A stretch of 64,000 nt of DNA from the human T2T-CHM13v2.0 reference genome, Homo sapiens (GCA_009914755.4 CP086569.2:7520001-7584000), one strand, 5' to 3'; shown: positions 1 to 29,465, counted from the stretch's first letter. Notes: generated by a model not told the origin, from the letters alone. Numbers and translations are program-made.

Positions 1-160
1 CATTATCTTCCCTTTACTCTCAGGCTCTGAGTAAGAGAGTTTGGATGCCTTCAGAGAAAATTCTTTTCCAAAGTTTTGCAAGAAGTCCTGGTGTTCCAGG
101 AAAATTTGCATATTTCCTATCATTTTTTCCATCACACCCTGACTGATGTCCTACATCTCC
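1..160. repeat. Low-copy repeat 'D', copy 1 (second copy at 3605-3770)
   Basis: About 150 bp of clear similarity between 1-160 and 3605-3770 (e.g. ctcaggctctgagtaagagagtttggatgcc... versus caggttctgggtaagagaatttgtctgcttt..., both ending ...tcc(t)acatctcc). Family unknown. Confidence 0.5.
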
Positions 161-1248
161 CTCTTTTCTTTCTTTTTTTTTCATCAAGTTTTGTTTACTG
201 AAGACTACAGATGTCTGCAGCAACAGGATTGTCAGATACCGTGCTTATAAGTGGTATTCTGGCTTTGCATCCTAGAATTACTAAATAACAGAAGACAAAC
301 ATGAATATAATCATAAACATTCTATTCCAATCAAGGAGTGGCATGTAGTGTTAATTGGCACCTCAGTTCAATGTGTGCTGTTACTAACGAATCCCACTGC
401 GGGTATTTTAACACTTTCTATCCAAGCAGTTGCATTGTTAGAAGCTGGGAAGGGGGTTTCTGTCTAAGTAACAGGACAGTAGAAAGGCTGATTTAAAAGA
501 TGTGCCTAATAGAGTGTAGGAGATATGGGATGCAGGCAAAGTAAGAAAATAAGAAAGGTTAATAAAACATAACAAGGAACAAATTTTCTGGAGTGAATCG
601 TGTCTGTGTCCAGAGCAGGATTCACTCAGCCTTCTGAATTGTCTTCTTCAGCCTCCCTCTGGTAATGTCTGGGGGCATGAGTTGTATAAATAAGCCACAT
701 TCTGGGGGACTGTGGGGTTTGCATGGTTATTTCCTTTATTTCTGGTACCGGGTTGCATTTTAGCTATGCTATGTTTAGGTTTGATATATTGTATTGGAAT
801 TCAAAGAGGGCCTGAGGAGGTGTGAACATAAGCATACCCTCTTACCCATGTTAGCAAATTATTTGGACCATACCATACATGACTAACCAAATCTTTCTAT
901 AAAACTGTGGGGTTTATGTCTTGAGAGGTTTTAGCAAAGTTCTTTTATATAGCTGAAATTTGTCATTTAAATTTAAGAAATTAAGGGTAAAGAAAACTTG
1001 TACTAGTAGTGTTGCAGGGTCTTTACTCATATTCCTTCTTCTTTGTTTTCTGAGGCAATATTTAAGAGAGCAATGGACATATTGTGTCCTTGGGGTTTAT
1101 ATGGGATGCCTGTGGAATGTAGGACACTCCATATATGAAAAAATTGTGTCAATTGTGAGATGACATATGCCAGAATAATTTTGCAATTAGGCAATCCTTT
1201 TTTACTGAGGATCAAAGCCTGCTTTACGTGATAACTGTCACACAGTAG

Positions 1249-1914
1249 TGTTACTGGTGGGTCTTTGTTCTCAGAGCTGCCAAGATGGTGGCAGGCAACT
1301 TCCAAGATGGTGGCAAGTCTTTTGTTCTCTGACCAAGTGTTCTTGGCCTCATGGTTTCAAAGGATTGAAATTTTTTTACCATGTGGTGGATGTTATAGCT
1401 CTATTTTCTAATAGAGCTATTAGATGTAGGTCATGGAAGAGAATGGTGGAACCCAGCAACTAGTGTTCAGCTCTATTAGGATGAATCTGAAGTCAGTGGC
1501 GAGTCTGTGATGGTGGTGACCAGCACTGGTGGATGGCAAACAAAAGCTCAGCTCAAGCTGGAACAAACATGGACCAGAAGAGTGTGCAGTTTTAAGATTT
1601 AATAGAGTGAAAACAGAGGTCCCATACAATGAGAGGGGACACAAAGTGGGTTGCCTCTGCTGGGACAAATGCCTGGGTATATATATCCCAATAATTGTCC
1701 CTTCCATTGTGCTGTCAGGTGATATATGATTTGATTATTTCTTTACCTCCTGCTTTCAGCCTAATTGGTACTTTAGGGAGCTCTCTTTCCTACCTGATTT
1801 GTTGGGTGTGAGCTGAGTTACAAGCCCCGGGATTAAAGGTGGGTGTGGTCACGTTCCCCAGCCAGGCTTAGAATTCCTAGTTGGTCTAGGAAATCCAGCT
1901 AGCCTTTTCTCTCA
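1249..1914 (-). mobile_element. ERV LTR, solo or orphan copy, same family as the LTRs at 22010 and 27850 (family not determined)
   Basis: Aligns by eye along its whole length with 22010-22795 and 27850-28635 (ttactggtgggtct...gagctgagttaca.gcccc..ttaaaggt.ggtg...aatccagct). About 110 bp shorter owing to an internal deletion. In minus orientation it begins TGAGAG... and carries AATAAA near the far end. No retroviral coding remnant is recognisable in the adjacent 1915-3600. Confidence 0.6.
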
Positions 1915-3257
1915 GTAGGACTGCTGAGCATCCCTTGAGGAAGTACTTTCTAATTAAATCTGTGAGCTGACCTTTCATTATTGCTAGCTGCTATGGTAAA
2001 TGCAAATTATTATGTTCTGTTCTTCAATGGGAATAGTATAAAAGCAGCCTTTTAAGTCAATAATGACCATAGACCAATCTTGAGGAATAGCCATGGGTGA
2101 AAAGAATCTCCTGTTGAAGGGGTGTGCAAATTAGCATTGATAGGCCATAAATCATGCACAATCTCCATTTGTGAGACATTTTTTGAATGAAGAAAAAGGG
2201 CAAATTCCGAGGGCTGTTTGATGTCTTTATATAGCCAGCTTCTGATTGCTCCTCAGCTTATTCATGGGCTTGTTGTAACTTCTCTCCCTTTAAAAGCTTC
2301 TGTTCTCCCCAAATCGCATTTTAAGAGAGCCATGTCCAGGGAAGGGGAGGAATAACAGTGCCCATTATCAGAAAGAAGTCTGTAAAGTGACCTTGATTAA
2401 CCCTCTCATAAATGGGCTAGTGGTTACATTTTTTCTAATGCTTTTTCTTATTTCTTTATGTACATGATTGCCTTGTTGATTTTTGGGCAGGACAAGATTT
2501 CCCCTTCTAATGCCACTTGCCTAAGACAGGGTCCCATATCTGTAGCATATTCCTTGTCCTTTCTCTAATTTATTGGAGGAGGGAGCTCAGGGGAAAACCT
2601 CCATTTTCTCTGTGGCACTTTTACTCTCAAATAGTGGAACTGAGGGAGGAGGAGGAGGTTGTAAGGTAGGTGATGATTCTTCCTCCCTTCTCTTCTTATT
2701 CTCTTCTGTGTAGAGTGAGACAAAATCAGTCCTAACTAAGGCTCATAACATTAAAGATGTTACTGGAAACTTACTCTTGTGCCTGATGTTATTTAAGATT
2801 TCTGCCCACTCATTCCCAGAGGTCTATGTTTAGTGTGCCTTCTGGGAACAATTGGTTATGAAAAAACAACAAAAAAAACCCAGTTTGCATTAGGTTCCTT
2901 AATTAAGACTTTGAAACTGAGGCTCCACTAGCTTTAAGCAGCTGTTTCACTATTTTTATATACTGTTGCTGTTGAGCTAATAACTGATGTCCCATGATGA
3001 AACCCTAGCCTGAACAATTCCCTCAAATTTGGAAATCCCAAGCAGGTATCAATGACTTACTCACTGCACAGTCTTTTCACCTTCATTTTTGAGGGTTTCA
3101 TCATGATTTGTTGCAGCATTCCTCACACAGGACACCACCTGCTGCGTCTGTCTCATGGACTCTGGCTGAGCAATGGATGAAAGAAGTTTGCTGACACAGG
3201 TATTTTGCCTGAGAGCTCCACAAAAGGACTGCATGCTCAGCATCACTGGCAAGCATG

Positions 3258-3306
3258 CAGCAGCAGCAGCAGCAACAACAACAACAACGACTGCAGCAGC
3301 AGCAGG
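3258..3306. repeat. Trinucleotide microsatellite (CAG)n(CAA)n...(CAG)n
   Basis: cagcagcagcagcagcaacaacaacaacaacgactgcagcagcagcagg. It produces the poly-Ala, poly-Val and poly-Cys artefact ORFs on the minus strand. Confidence 0.85.
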
Positions 3307-3604
3307 AGCCAAGAGTGCAGCCACCACAAAGAGAATGCAGTAGCCACTGATACAGTGTAGCAGCTGCCAAGAGTGCATCATAACAACAGCAAGAGTGCAG
3401 CCCCCAGAAGCCAGTGACACTTGCATTTAGGTAGTACAGAATTAATGACAAAGGCTTGACACAAACAAAATTTTTGGGTAGTAAGATTTTTGACTCCCTG
3501 ACTAGACAGCATTCTTTGTTCATTCATGTGAATGAAAAAAAGATTGGTTTCTGGAAACATAAATACACCAAATTATCTAGATAACTTTCTTTATATTTCC
3601 TTGT

Positions 3605-3770
3605 TATCTAATATTTGCTTTCAGGTTCTGGGTAAGAGAATTTGTCTGCTTTCAGCCCAAATTATTTTCTGAAGAGTTTGGAATATCTCCCAGCCTTCCA
3701 AGAAGGTTTGCGTTTTTCCTATAATTTTTCCACCACCCTGATACATCTCCTACAAAACTCTCAGTACCAC
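3605..3770. repeat. Low-copy repeat 'D', copy 2, abutting the left edge of satellite array 1
   Basis: Homologous to 1-160. It is followed immediately at about 3771 by the second half of an A-type satellite segment. Confidence 0.5.
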
Positions 3771-20840
<17,070 letters not shown>

Positions 20841-20844
20841 TATA

Positions 20845-22005
20845 ATTATAGTCATTTTGTATCTTATTGTAGCTTTGATTTGCATTTTTCTAATAATAAT
20901 GTTGAGCATCTTTGCACACGCTTGGCCATTTCTATGTCTTCTTTGGAGAAATGTCACTTGGTGTCTCTTGCCTATTACTAAATTTTCTGTTATTTTTGCT
21001 TTAAGTTTCTCATATATTCTTTATATTTTTCCATTGCCATATGTATATTTTGCAAGTATATTCTCCCACACTGTAAGTTGTTCCTTCACTCTGTTAATTT
21101 ATTTTTGCTATGTAATTATTATTATTATTTTTTTTAGAATCTGGTAATTTTATTTGTCCGCTTTTGTTTTTCTTGCCTGTTCTTTTGAGGTCTTATTTAA
21201 ATTTTTTTTCCTGTCCTATTTGGTAAAGAATTTCTCTATGTTTTATTCAAATAATTTTATACATTTGAGTTTACATTTCAATCTTCTACTTATTTTTATT
21301 TAAATTATTTTAATATGGTAACAGGTAGGAACCTAGTTGTATTCCTCTGTATTTAAATAATCAATTTTCCCAGTACCATTCATTGAAAAGATTGTCTTTT
21401 CTTAAATGTATGTTCTGAACCACTCAAAAATTACTTGGCTCTAGGTTTATGAATTTTATTACTGGGATCACTGGATACTTTGGTCTATGTGTCTGTTTTC
21501 TATGCCATTATCATGCTGTTTTGCTTGTTATAGCTTTGCAGTATGTTTTGAATTCAGGTGGTTTGATATTGTCAGCTTTGTTCTTTTTTCACAGGATTAC
21601 TTTAGCTATTTCAAGAGTTTGTTTGTTTGTTTGTTTTGGTTCCACATAAATTTTGTGCCTCTTTATCTCATTTCTATACAAAAATATTCATGATATTTTT
21701 AGAGAGTTTGCATAGAATCTGTAGATTTCTTGTGTAGCATAGCTATCTTACCTATATTTTTTATAACTCATGAGAAAAATATCTATTTTTTTTACTTTTT
21801 TACCAATGTTTTATAATTTATTGTGTGGAGACTTTTTCTCTTTTTAATTAAGTCTACTTCTACACACCTTTATTTTTTATTCTAGATAAACAAAAAGTAT
21901 TTGGAAAATTTTACATGCCTTTGTAATTAAAACAAGTTAACAAATTAGGTATAGATGTTATGTACTTCAACACAGCTAAGGCAAAATATGACAAATCAAT
22001 AGCAG
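20845..22005 (-). mobile_element. AT/T-rich interspersed-repeat fragment, probably an older LINE-1 in antisense orientation
   Basis: A block of about 250 nt (ctgttttctatgccattatcatgctgttttgcttgttatagctttgcagtatgttttgaattcaggtggtttgatattgtcagctttgttcttttt...ggttccacataaattt) resembles the antisense strand of the L1 ORF2 region as I recall it. This is uncertain. Confidence 0.4.
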
Positions 22006-22009
22006 TTAT

Positions 22010-22795
22010 TGTTACTGGTGGGTCTTCTTTATTCTCAGAGCTCCCAAGATGGTAGTAGGCTGCTCCCAACATGAGGCAGACAGCTCCCAAGATGACAGCA
22101 AGCTTTTTCTTCTCTGACCTGGGGTCTTGGCCTCAGGGATTCCAAGGAATGGAATCTTGGGCCATGCGGTGAGTGTTATAGCCCTACTAGAGGCTGTGGT
22201 TCATGGAAGAGAACCATGGAAGCCAGCAAATAGTGTTCAGCTCGATTAGGACAAACCTGGGCACTTAGCCATGCAGGAACAATGGTGAGCCTGTAGCCCA
22301 ATCAGGCGTGGCAATGGATGTCTAGCTGGATTAGGAGAACCATGAACACCCTGCTGGATCCAGAGGGGTGGAAGTCAGTGGCTGGTCTGCCATGGCAGCA
22401 TTTAGCAGTGATTATCGGAGAGCAAAATCTCAGCTTCAGCAGGAACAAATACAGACCAGAGGACTGTGCAGTTGCAAGATTTAATAGAGTGAAAACAGAG
22501 CTACCATAAAATGGGAAGGGACCCAAACATGGTTGCCCCTTCCTGCTCTAATGCCAGGGTTTATATCCCAACCATTGTCTCTCCCGTCTGTGTTCTCAGG
22601 TGATATATGATTTGACTATTTCTTTATCTCCAGCTTTTGACTAATTTGTATTTTAGTTAACCCTCTTTACTATCTGATTGGTCATGTGTGAGCTGAGTTA
22701 CAAGCCCCATGTTTAAAGGTAGGTGTGGTCACCTTCCTCAGCTAGGCTTAGGAATTCTTAGTCAGCCCAGGATATCCAGCTTGTCCTATCTGTCA
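22010..22795 (-). mobile_element. ERV 3' LTR (provirus on the minus strand)
   Basis: Paired with 27850-28635 at roughly 80-85% identity by eye. In minus orientation it starts TGACAGATAGG..., is preceded by a purine-rich polypurine-tract-like stretch (tttagagaggggac), has AATAAA near its end, and finishes ...ccaccagtaaca. Confidence 0.65.
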
Positions 22796-23829
22796 GTCCC
22801 CTCTCTAAACAGGAAAACCAAAGTGCTGTTGGGGAGGTTGGACAGAGATGGCTCTTAACTGCTTCCTGTTGAATTGGGGTGTAGTAGGGGTTGTGCAGTT
22901 GAGATTTCCTCAGGAGTGGTGCCTTTAATGTCATTAACATCAGATCATGGGATAGCAGGCCAGTTCAGTGGTCCAAGATAGATCTTAGTCATGGACTGCA
23001 TCTGGAACTCCATTTGAAGAATGATTAGTAGTTTTTACAGCTTCGATTCTGGAAGAGAAAAACTTAACAAGATGGTTAAAGGTACAGGGATTGAAATGTA
23101 TGGCTTGAAGTGCAGGGGATTGTTTCTTAGGTACACTTCACAGGCCCTGACTATCTAACTGATAGTTTTGAAAAGGCCTGGTCCAGTAAATAATGATTTG
23201 GTCATCTGATGGATGCTATCAATGCCTAAATGAAAGGTTAGGTGAAAGGTCTGAAGTAATTTCCATTGGTTAGCTGCAGGCAAAATTATTTTTTCTTCTT
23301 CAGTGGGTAGCCATCCTAAAGGGCAGAAACTATGTCATCATGAGGTTCCCCATTGTATTTCTTCTGCTAAATACTGGGGCTTGATTTCCCAGAGGGGATT
23401 ATCCCATACTATGGGTCCTTCTATAAACATTTCTAATGAAGTCCCACATTGGGGCTCTTTTGCCTTCAATATCCGCATGGCAGTCCCCTTCTATTTCCTT
23501 TTTCTTTCCTTTCTGATGACCCTGGCAGTGTAAGAATGCCACCTCTTTAGTTTTCTCTACAGCCAATAATAATCTCCTAATGGTTTTCTGATGTTTGATA
23601 GGTATTCCCTTAGAAGTTAGGAATTCCCTTTCTTTTCATATTGCTGCGTGGGCATGGAGGACTAAATGGGTATTAGCTTTCTGAGTTTCTTTAATTAGTG
23701 TGTATAATGGCCTGGCTATTTCACTGTACCTGGGAATCAATATTCAGCAGAAACCTGATAATGCAAAGGAACCCTCTTAATTGATCCAGGGTTTTGGGAT
23801 AAGCATAAGGAAGTATAGGCTGTATGGAT

Positions 23830-24330
23830 TCCTCACTGAGGACCCTGGTGGCTTTGGATAAATTTTAGCCCTGAGTATTTAATCTGGTGCAAACACAGCT
23901 GAGTCTTTGGTTTGGAAATCTTGTAGCCACAGGTGGCAAGGAAGTTCAAGAGCATGTGGGTGGCTTGATGGCACAAGATTTCTGAACGGGTGGCTAAAAG
24001 TAATTCTTCCACATACTGAAGGACAAGAATGTCCAAGTATGAGAACTGTCTCAAGTCTTGGGTTAATGCCTTGTCAAATAGATGGGGCCTATCCCTGAAA
24101 CCTTGGGTAAAACAGTCCAGGTTAGTTGAGACATTGGATTCAAAGGATCTTCAAAGGCAAACAAAAATTGAGAGTCAGGATGTACAGGGATGAAGAAAAA
24201 GGCATCCTTGAGATCCAGGACTGTAAACCACTCACTTCCTCTGGTATTTGGGAAAGTAGAGTACAAGGGTTAGATGCATCTGAGTATAGATTGACAATGG
24301 CCTTATTGATAATCCTGAGATCTTGCACTA
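23830..24330 (-). pseudogene. Retroviral pol (reverse transcriptase) remnant, inactivated
   Basis: ORFs 24063-24266(-) and 23833-24054(-) match conserved gammaretroviral RT blocks but are fragmented by frameshifts and stops. Confidence 0.6.
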
Positions 24331-27000
24331 ACCTCCCCTCTCCATTTGGTTTTTGTACTCCTAAAATTGGAGCATTGTTGGGACTATTGCATGATTTTAC
24401 CAGGACTTGGGCTTTTAGGTCCTTAACATCTTCTGGAGTCCTTGTTGAGCCTTGGGTCTAAGGGTTTACTGCCTTTGGTAGGGAAAGGAGGCAGAATCTT
24501 TTCATTTAACTTTAATGGGATGGACAATCTTTGCTTGTCCTTTTTGTACTTCTGTTGCCCAGACTTCAAGATTAATTCCCTCTTCAAGTAAGGTACAACA
24601 AATGGTGTACCTAATCGAAAGACAAGTGAAAGCTCTGTGAGGGTGACGGCATGGGCTTCCACTTGCCCCAGGCACCGTCATTCCTGCTGCTAGATCATCT
24701 GGTTAATGTCTTCTGACTCAGAGGATTTTTGTCACCTGGGGCAGTGGTTTTCCAGTGATTCCCTTGACATAAGGCACTTGGATGAGGGGGAGCTTATTTC
24801 TATTCAGACAATCTTTATTAAAGTGTCCTCATAGACTGCACTGGAAGCAAACCCTATTATGCATTTGATTTGCCCAGGCTTTCCCTGTTCCAGAGCCTCC
24901 AAAGTCCACTTGCCTGAGGACCATGACTAAAGTGGTGGCCTTTTATTTATTTATTTATTTAAATCATGTATGTCCCATTCTGCCTGCTCCTCCTGATCTT
25001 TATTATAAAAAAACAGAGGTTGCCAAGTTCAATAGTGTTTCTGAGTTTTTCTCTGGGCCTAAGGCAGACTTTTGTTTTTTTTTCTAATATCTGCAGCTGA
25101 CTGAGTGATAAACTAATCCTTTAAGATTAGTTGGCCTTCAATAGAGTCAGGTGACAGAGTAGTATGATTGCTCAATGCCTCCATTAGTCTCTCCAGAAAG
25201 GCAGTAGGATTTTCTTCCTTTCCATTTGTTATAGTGGACATCACTGAATAATTCACAGGCTTCTGCCTAGTTTTCCTTAGTTATTCTAACATGCAAGCTA
25301 GCAAATGTCTGTGGCACCACTTTCCATGTTCTGATTATGCATTCCAATGAGCATCCACACTAGGAACTGCCTGCTGGCCTGTGGGGAATTGTTCTCTTTC
25401 CTCTGTTATCATCCTATCATTGACATGACTGAGATACCAGAGGTCACCAAACTCTCAGGCTGCTGCTATGGAGGCACTTATTTCATTTAGGGTGAGTGCC
25501 TGATCTAGTAGTAACATTATGTCTCTCCATGTAAGATCAAAGGATTGCCCTAACCCTTATAAAACATCAGTAGTGCCATCAGGGTTATATGATAATTTGC
25601 CTAGGTCTATTTTGACTTGCTTTAAGTCTGAAAGGGAAAAAGGTACAGATACTCTGACTGCGCCGAATTCTCCAGTATATATCATAGGGGCATTTTTGAC
25701 TTGGGGGGAATGATTCTCATCAGAAAAAAGAACACAGGGATGCCAACACCCCTAGTCATTTTCTGATAAGCGTTAGTTCCTAGAGCGTCCTCTATGGTCC
25801 TAATGCTTATTCCTTTACAGGGTGCATAACGACACATGGACCTCTGTTTCTCAGATTAGCGATGCTCACTGATGTAGCAGTACTGTACCCCTTTTCCCAC
25901 CTTTCTTGACCACAAAGAAATGGGTCTGGGTTGCTGGAATCCAGCGGTCCTTTAACCAGCATGCCCAACATTGCCTTTGTGCTCAGAGGTGAGTTTCTAT
26001 CCAGGGTGTGTAACCACCCATGGACCTCTGCTTATCAGATTAGTTATGCTCACTGATGTAGAAGTTCTGAACCCCTTTTCCTGCCTTTTTTGACTGCAGA
26101 GAAAGGGAACCAGGCTGCTGGATTCTAGTGGTCCTTTACCAGCATACCCAACATTGCCTTTGTACTCAGGGGTGAGTTCTAGAGCTAGGCTGAGTTCCTG
26201 AGTATTTTATAACAACCCAGTTGCCCAATCAAGATGCATTCCCATAAAGAGTTCTTATGGAAATTCGCTTCAGAGAGGGTGTAGGTAACCTATTTGAGTC
26301 AGGATTGAGATAGAGTTTTTTGATTATGTAAGTACTTTAAGACTTGGCTGAGTGCAAACAGCTTGCACGTTTGAGCAGACCAGTTATTAGGTAGTTCTCC
26401 TAACTCTGTTTCCACAATTACTGAATACCCATTGTGTTTTTTTTTTTTTTTTTCTCAAACACCTGGGATGAACTGTCTATCTTCCTGTCCTGAAGGGAGT
26501 TCCTCCTAGATGTGGTCGGATCTTTGTAAGGTAATTAAAATTTAAATCCTCTGTTACAAAATCTGCTGGGTTAAGAGAATTTTCAGTGGTTAATGTTAAA
26601 TCACATTTATCTACCAGAATAGCCCCATACTTTAAGATTTGTGAGTTAGTAAGTTAACTTTTTGCTTTTTTTTTTTTTTTTTGATTTAGGATAGCTCTGA
26701 ACTGGTGAGGTGTTCTCACAATGAGGTTTGCTCTAAAGGTTATTTTTCTACTTTTAGCAAAGCAGTTGCTTATACCAGCTGAATGCATTTGGCCCATCCG
26801 TACATTACTAGGTTAAGGATTTTTGATAGGAAGGCTACGGGTTGTCAGTGGTCTAAGTGTTTTCAGGCTATGCCCTTGTTTATACTGACAACAAGGTAGA
26901 ATTGGAGAGTTATAGGGTCATGGAGAAGACCTTCTATTATCAATTATAGGTTTTAAATTTAGCCTGTCTTTTAAAATAGGGCACACTGTTTTTTCTTTAC

Positions 27001-27240
27001 TACTTCTATCTTTCTCTTTCTCTCTTTGTCTCCCTCTTTGTCTCTCTCTCTCTCCTATCTCTCTTTCTGTCCTCTCTTTCCACTGTTTCTCTCTCTCTCT
27101 CATCGCTGTCTCTCTCTCCTTTCTGTATCTCTTTGTCTACTCTCTGTCTCTCTCTCTTTCTGTGTCTCTCTCTCATTCCTCTCTGTTTCTATCTCTCTTC
27201 TCTCTCTCTTTTCTCCTCTCTCTCTCCTTTCTCTCTTTGC
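27001..27240. repeat. (CT)n / (TCTCTC)n-rich simple repeat inside the ERV internal region
   Basis: About 240 bp of ctctct/tctttc motifs. It produces serine/leucine-rich and arginine/glutamate-rich artefact ORFs on the two strands. Confidence 0.85.
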
Positions 27241-27849
27241 AGATGGATTTTGGAAACACAGTAGAAGTACAGTTGCTTGTTGCTCCAATTTGCCACTATA
27301 GGAATATGTGCCACCCTTTAATTACTCAATTTGGGAAAGAAAGTGAAAGTCTGAAGCATTAGTATCTAGGAGGCAGGGATCAGAGGAAATAGATTCAGAG
27401 GTAATGAGAATTTTGTTGATACATTTTCAAGAAATCATGGTCAGGACCCAGGAGGTATTGGTCAGGAGAGGTAGGGGTGCATGCATGGGTGACTGCTGAG
27501 TAGAGACTTCTGGATGTGAAATGATCTTGACCAACCAATGCCAGGAGTTTGGGATGACAGTTTTCTGCCTCTAGTTGATCCTCAGCTTCCCCAGGATAAT
27601 TGTGAAAGTGGAAGCTGGTTCCAGGCAGACCAATGCTCCCAATGCAGAAGGTTGGGGGTTATTAGAAAGCCTTTTCCCCAAAAGCCTCACACCTGAGTCT
27701 TTAGTCTGGCAGCTATGCTAATTGTTTTTAACCAGCCGAGAGGTGCCCAGTATTTTCTTCCAATTCTAAGAAAGGATAGGACAAAACAGCAAGTGAAAGT
27801 GGTCTGATATTACTCGCCTCTTTGGAAAAGCCCCATATGGGTCACCAAA

Positions 27850-28635
27850 TGTTACCAGTGGGTCTTTGTTCATAGAGTTCCCAGGATGGTGGGGGGCCAC
27901 TGCCAAGATGGGGCGGGCTGCTCCCAAGATGACAGCAAGCCTTTTGTTCTCTGACCTGGGTTTGTTGACCTTACAGATTCCAAGGAATGGAACTTTGGGC
28001 CATGTGGTGAGTTTTATAGCTCTATTAGAAGCCATGGGTCATGGAAGAGAACCATCAGACCCAGTGACTAGTGTTCAGCTAGATTAGGATGAACCCAGGC
28101 ACTTAGCCATGCAGAAACAATGATGAGCCTGTCGCCCAATCAGGAGTGGCAATGGGATCCTCACTGGATCAGGAGTGCTGTGAACACCCTGCTAGATCTA
28201 GGGAGATGGGATTCAGCAGTGGGTATGCAATGATAGCATTCAGTAGTGGTGGATGGTGAGCAAAAGCTCAGCTCCAGCCAGAAAACAGACCAGAAGACCG
28301 TGTACTTACAAGATTTAATAGAGTGAAAACAGAGCTCCCTTACAGTGGGAGAGGACCCAAAGGGGATTGACACCCCCACTCTAATGCTTTAGTTTGTATC
28401 CCAATAATTGTCCATCCCCTTGTGCTCTAAGGTGATATATGATTTCACTATTTCTTTACCTCCTGCTTTTGCCTAATTGGCATTTTATTGAGCCCTCTTT
28501 ACTAATTGATTGGTAAGGTGTGAGCTGAGTTACATGCCCCATGTTTAAAGGTAGGTGAAGTCACCTTCCCTAGCTAGGATTGGGAATTTCTTAATCAGCC
28601 TAGGAAATCCAGCTAGTCCTGTCTCATATTATCAC
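27850..28635 (-). mobile_element. ERV 5' LTR (provirus on the minus strand)
   Basis: Homologous to 22010-22795 and 1249-1914. The adjacent 27827-27849, in minus orientation, reads tttggtgacccatatggggctt, a TGG-initiated primer-binding-site-like sequence next to the LTR end. Confidence 0.65.
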
Positions 28636-28639
28636 AGCA

Positions 28640-28950
28640 AACTGGAAAGGAAAGTGCTTTTTACTGAAGATCTGAAACAAGACAATTATGTCAACTTTTA
28701 CAATTTGTATTCAACAGAGTACTGGAAGGCCCAGAAAGATCATTTATGCAAGATAAAGAAATAAAGCACATCCAAATAAAAAATTAGAACATCAAAATTT
28801 CTCTGTTTGCAGATCACATGATTGTCTCTATAGCAAACCTAAAATACTGCACTAAAAATCTTGAGAATTAATAAAAAATTCGATGAAGTGGCAGAATACC
28901 AAATTAACATACAAAAATTAGTAGAAGCAGGGTTTTTTTGAGATAGAGTC
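28640..28950 (+). mobile_element. L1 ORF2 fragment (older subfamily)
   Basis: Plus-frame translation resembles the L1 ORF2 segment NIVLEVLARAIRQEKEIKG...LENP...LL.LI..FSKVSGYKINVQKS (e.g. ...FDEVAEYQINIQK...), interrupted by stops. Confidence 0.55.
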
Positions 28951-29082
28951 TTGCAGCAGAAGCATTTTGGTATGCCACCAATAAGTCGTCTGAAAAAAAA
29001 ATTAAAGAAAAAATATTTAGAAGAGCTATAATATATGTTTTACTTAATTTTAATTTTATGTTTGTGGAAAGGGTCACCTTTG

Positions 29083-29392
29083 TTTGTTTATTTGTTTATT
29101 TATTTATTTTTGAGACAGAGTCTTTCTCTGTCACCCAGGCTGGAGTGCAGTGGCATGATTCCGCTTCACTGGAAGCCCCACTGCCCAGGTTCACGCCACT
29201 CTCCTGCCTCATCCTCCTGAGTAGCTGGGACTACAGGTGTCCACCATCACTCCTGCCTAATGTTTTTGTATTTTTAGTAGAGACAGGGTTTCACCAGTTA
29301 GCCAGGATGGTCTCGATCTCCTTACTTCATGATCCACCCACCTCAGCCTCTGAAAGTGCTGGGATTACACGCGTGAGCCACCGCACCCAACC
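29083..29392 (-). mobile_element. Alu element
   Basis: T-rich tail (tttgtttatttgtttatttatttattttt) followed by gagacagagtctttctctgtcacccaggctggagtgcagtggc... to ...gtgagccaccgcacccaacc. Confidence 0.9.
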
Positions 29393-29465
29393 AGTTCAAC
29401 TTTATTTGTTGTAATTCGGACATACAGCACTCTCGCTCCAACCAATTTGGTAAAAAGACTGTTTC

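Larger units (their letters stand above)
22796..27849 (-). mobile_element. Degenerate internal region of a class I (gamma-like) ERV
   Basis: Minus-strand translations contain reverse-transcriptase motifs ([13 protein letters not shown]...LFAFE...LTWTVLP; YVEELLLA for YVDDLLLA) and an envelope transmembrane remnant (FLFQNRS..., similar to the LQNRRGLDLL immunosuppressive domain) near 22900-23200. The frame is interrupted by many stops. Confidence 0.65.

Noticed and set aside
3061-3523. Minus-strand ORFs of 121-140 aa rich in Ala, Val and Cys runs
   Set aside because: Produced by the (CAG)n(CAA)n microsatellite read on the opposite strand. Low-complexity artefact.
27026-27362. Ser/Leu-rich ORFs on the plus strand and Arg/Glu-rich ORFs on the minus strand
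   Set aside because: Read-through of the (CT)n-rich simple repeat.
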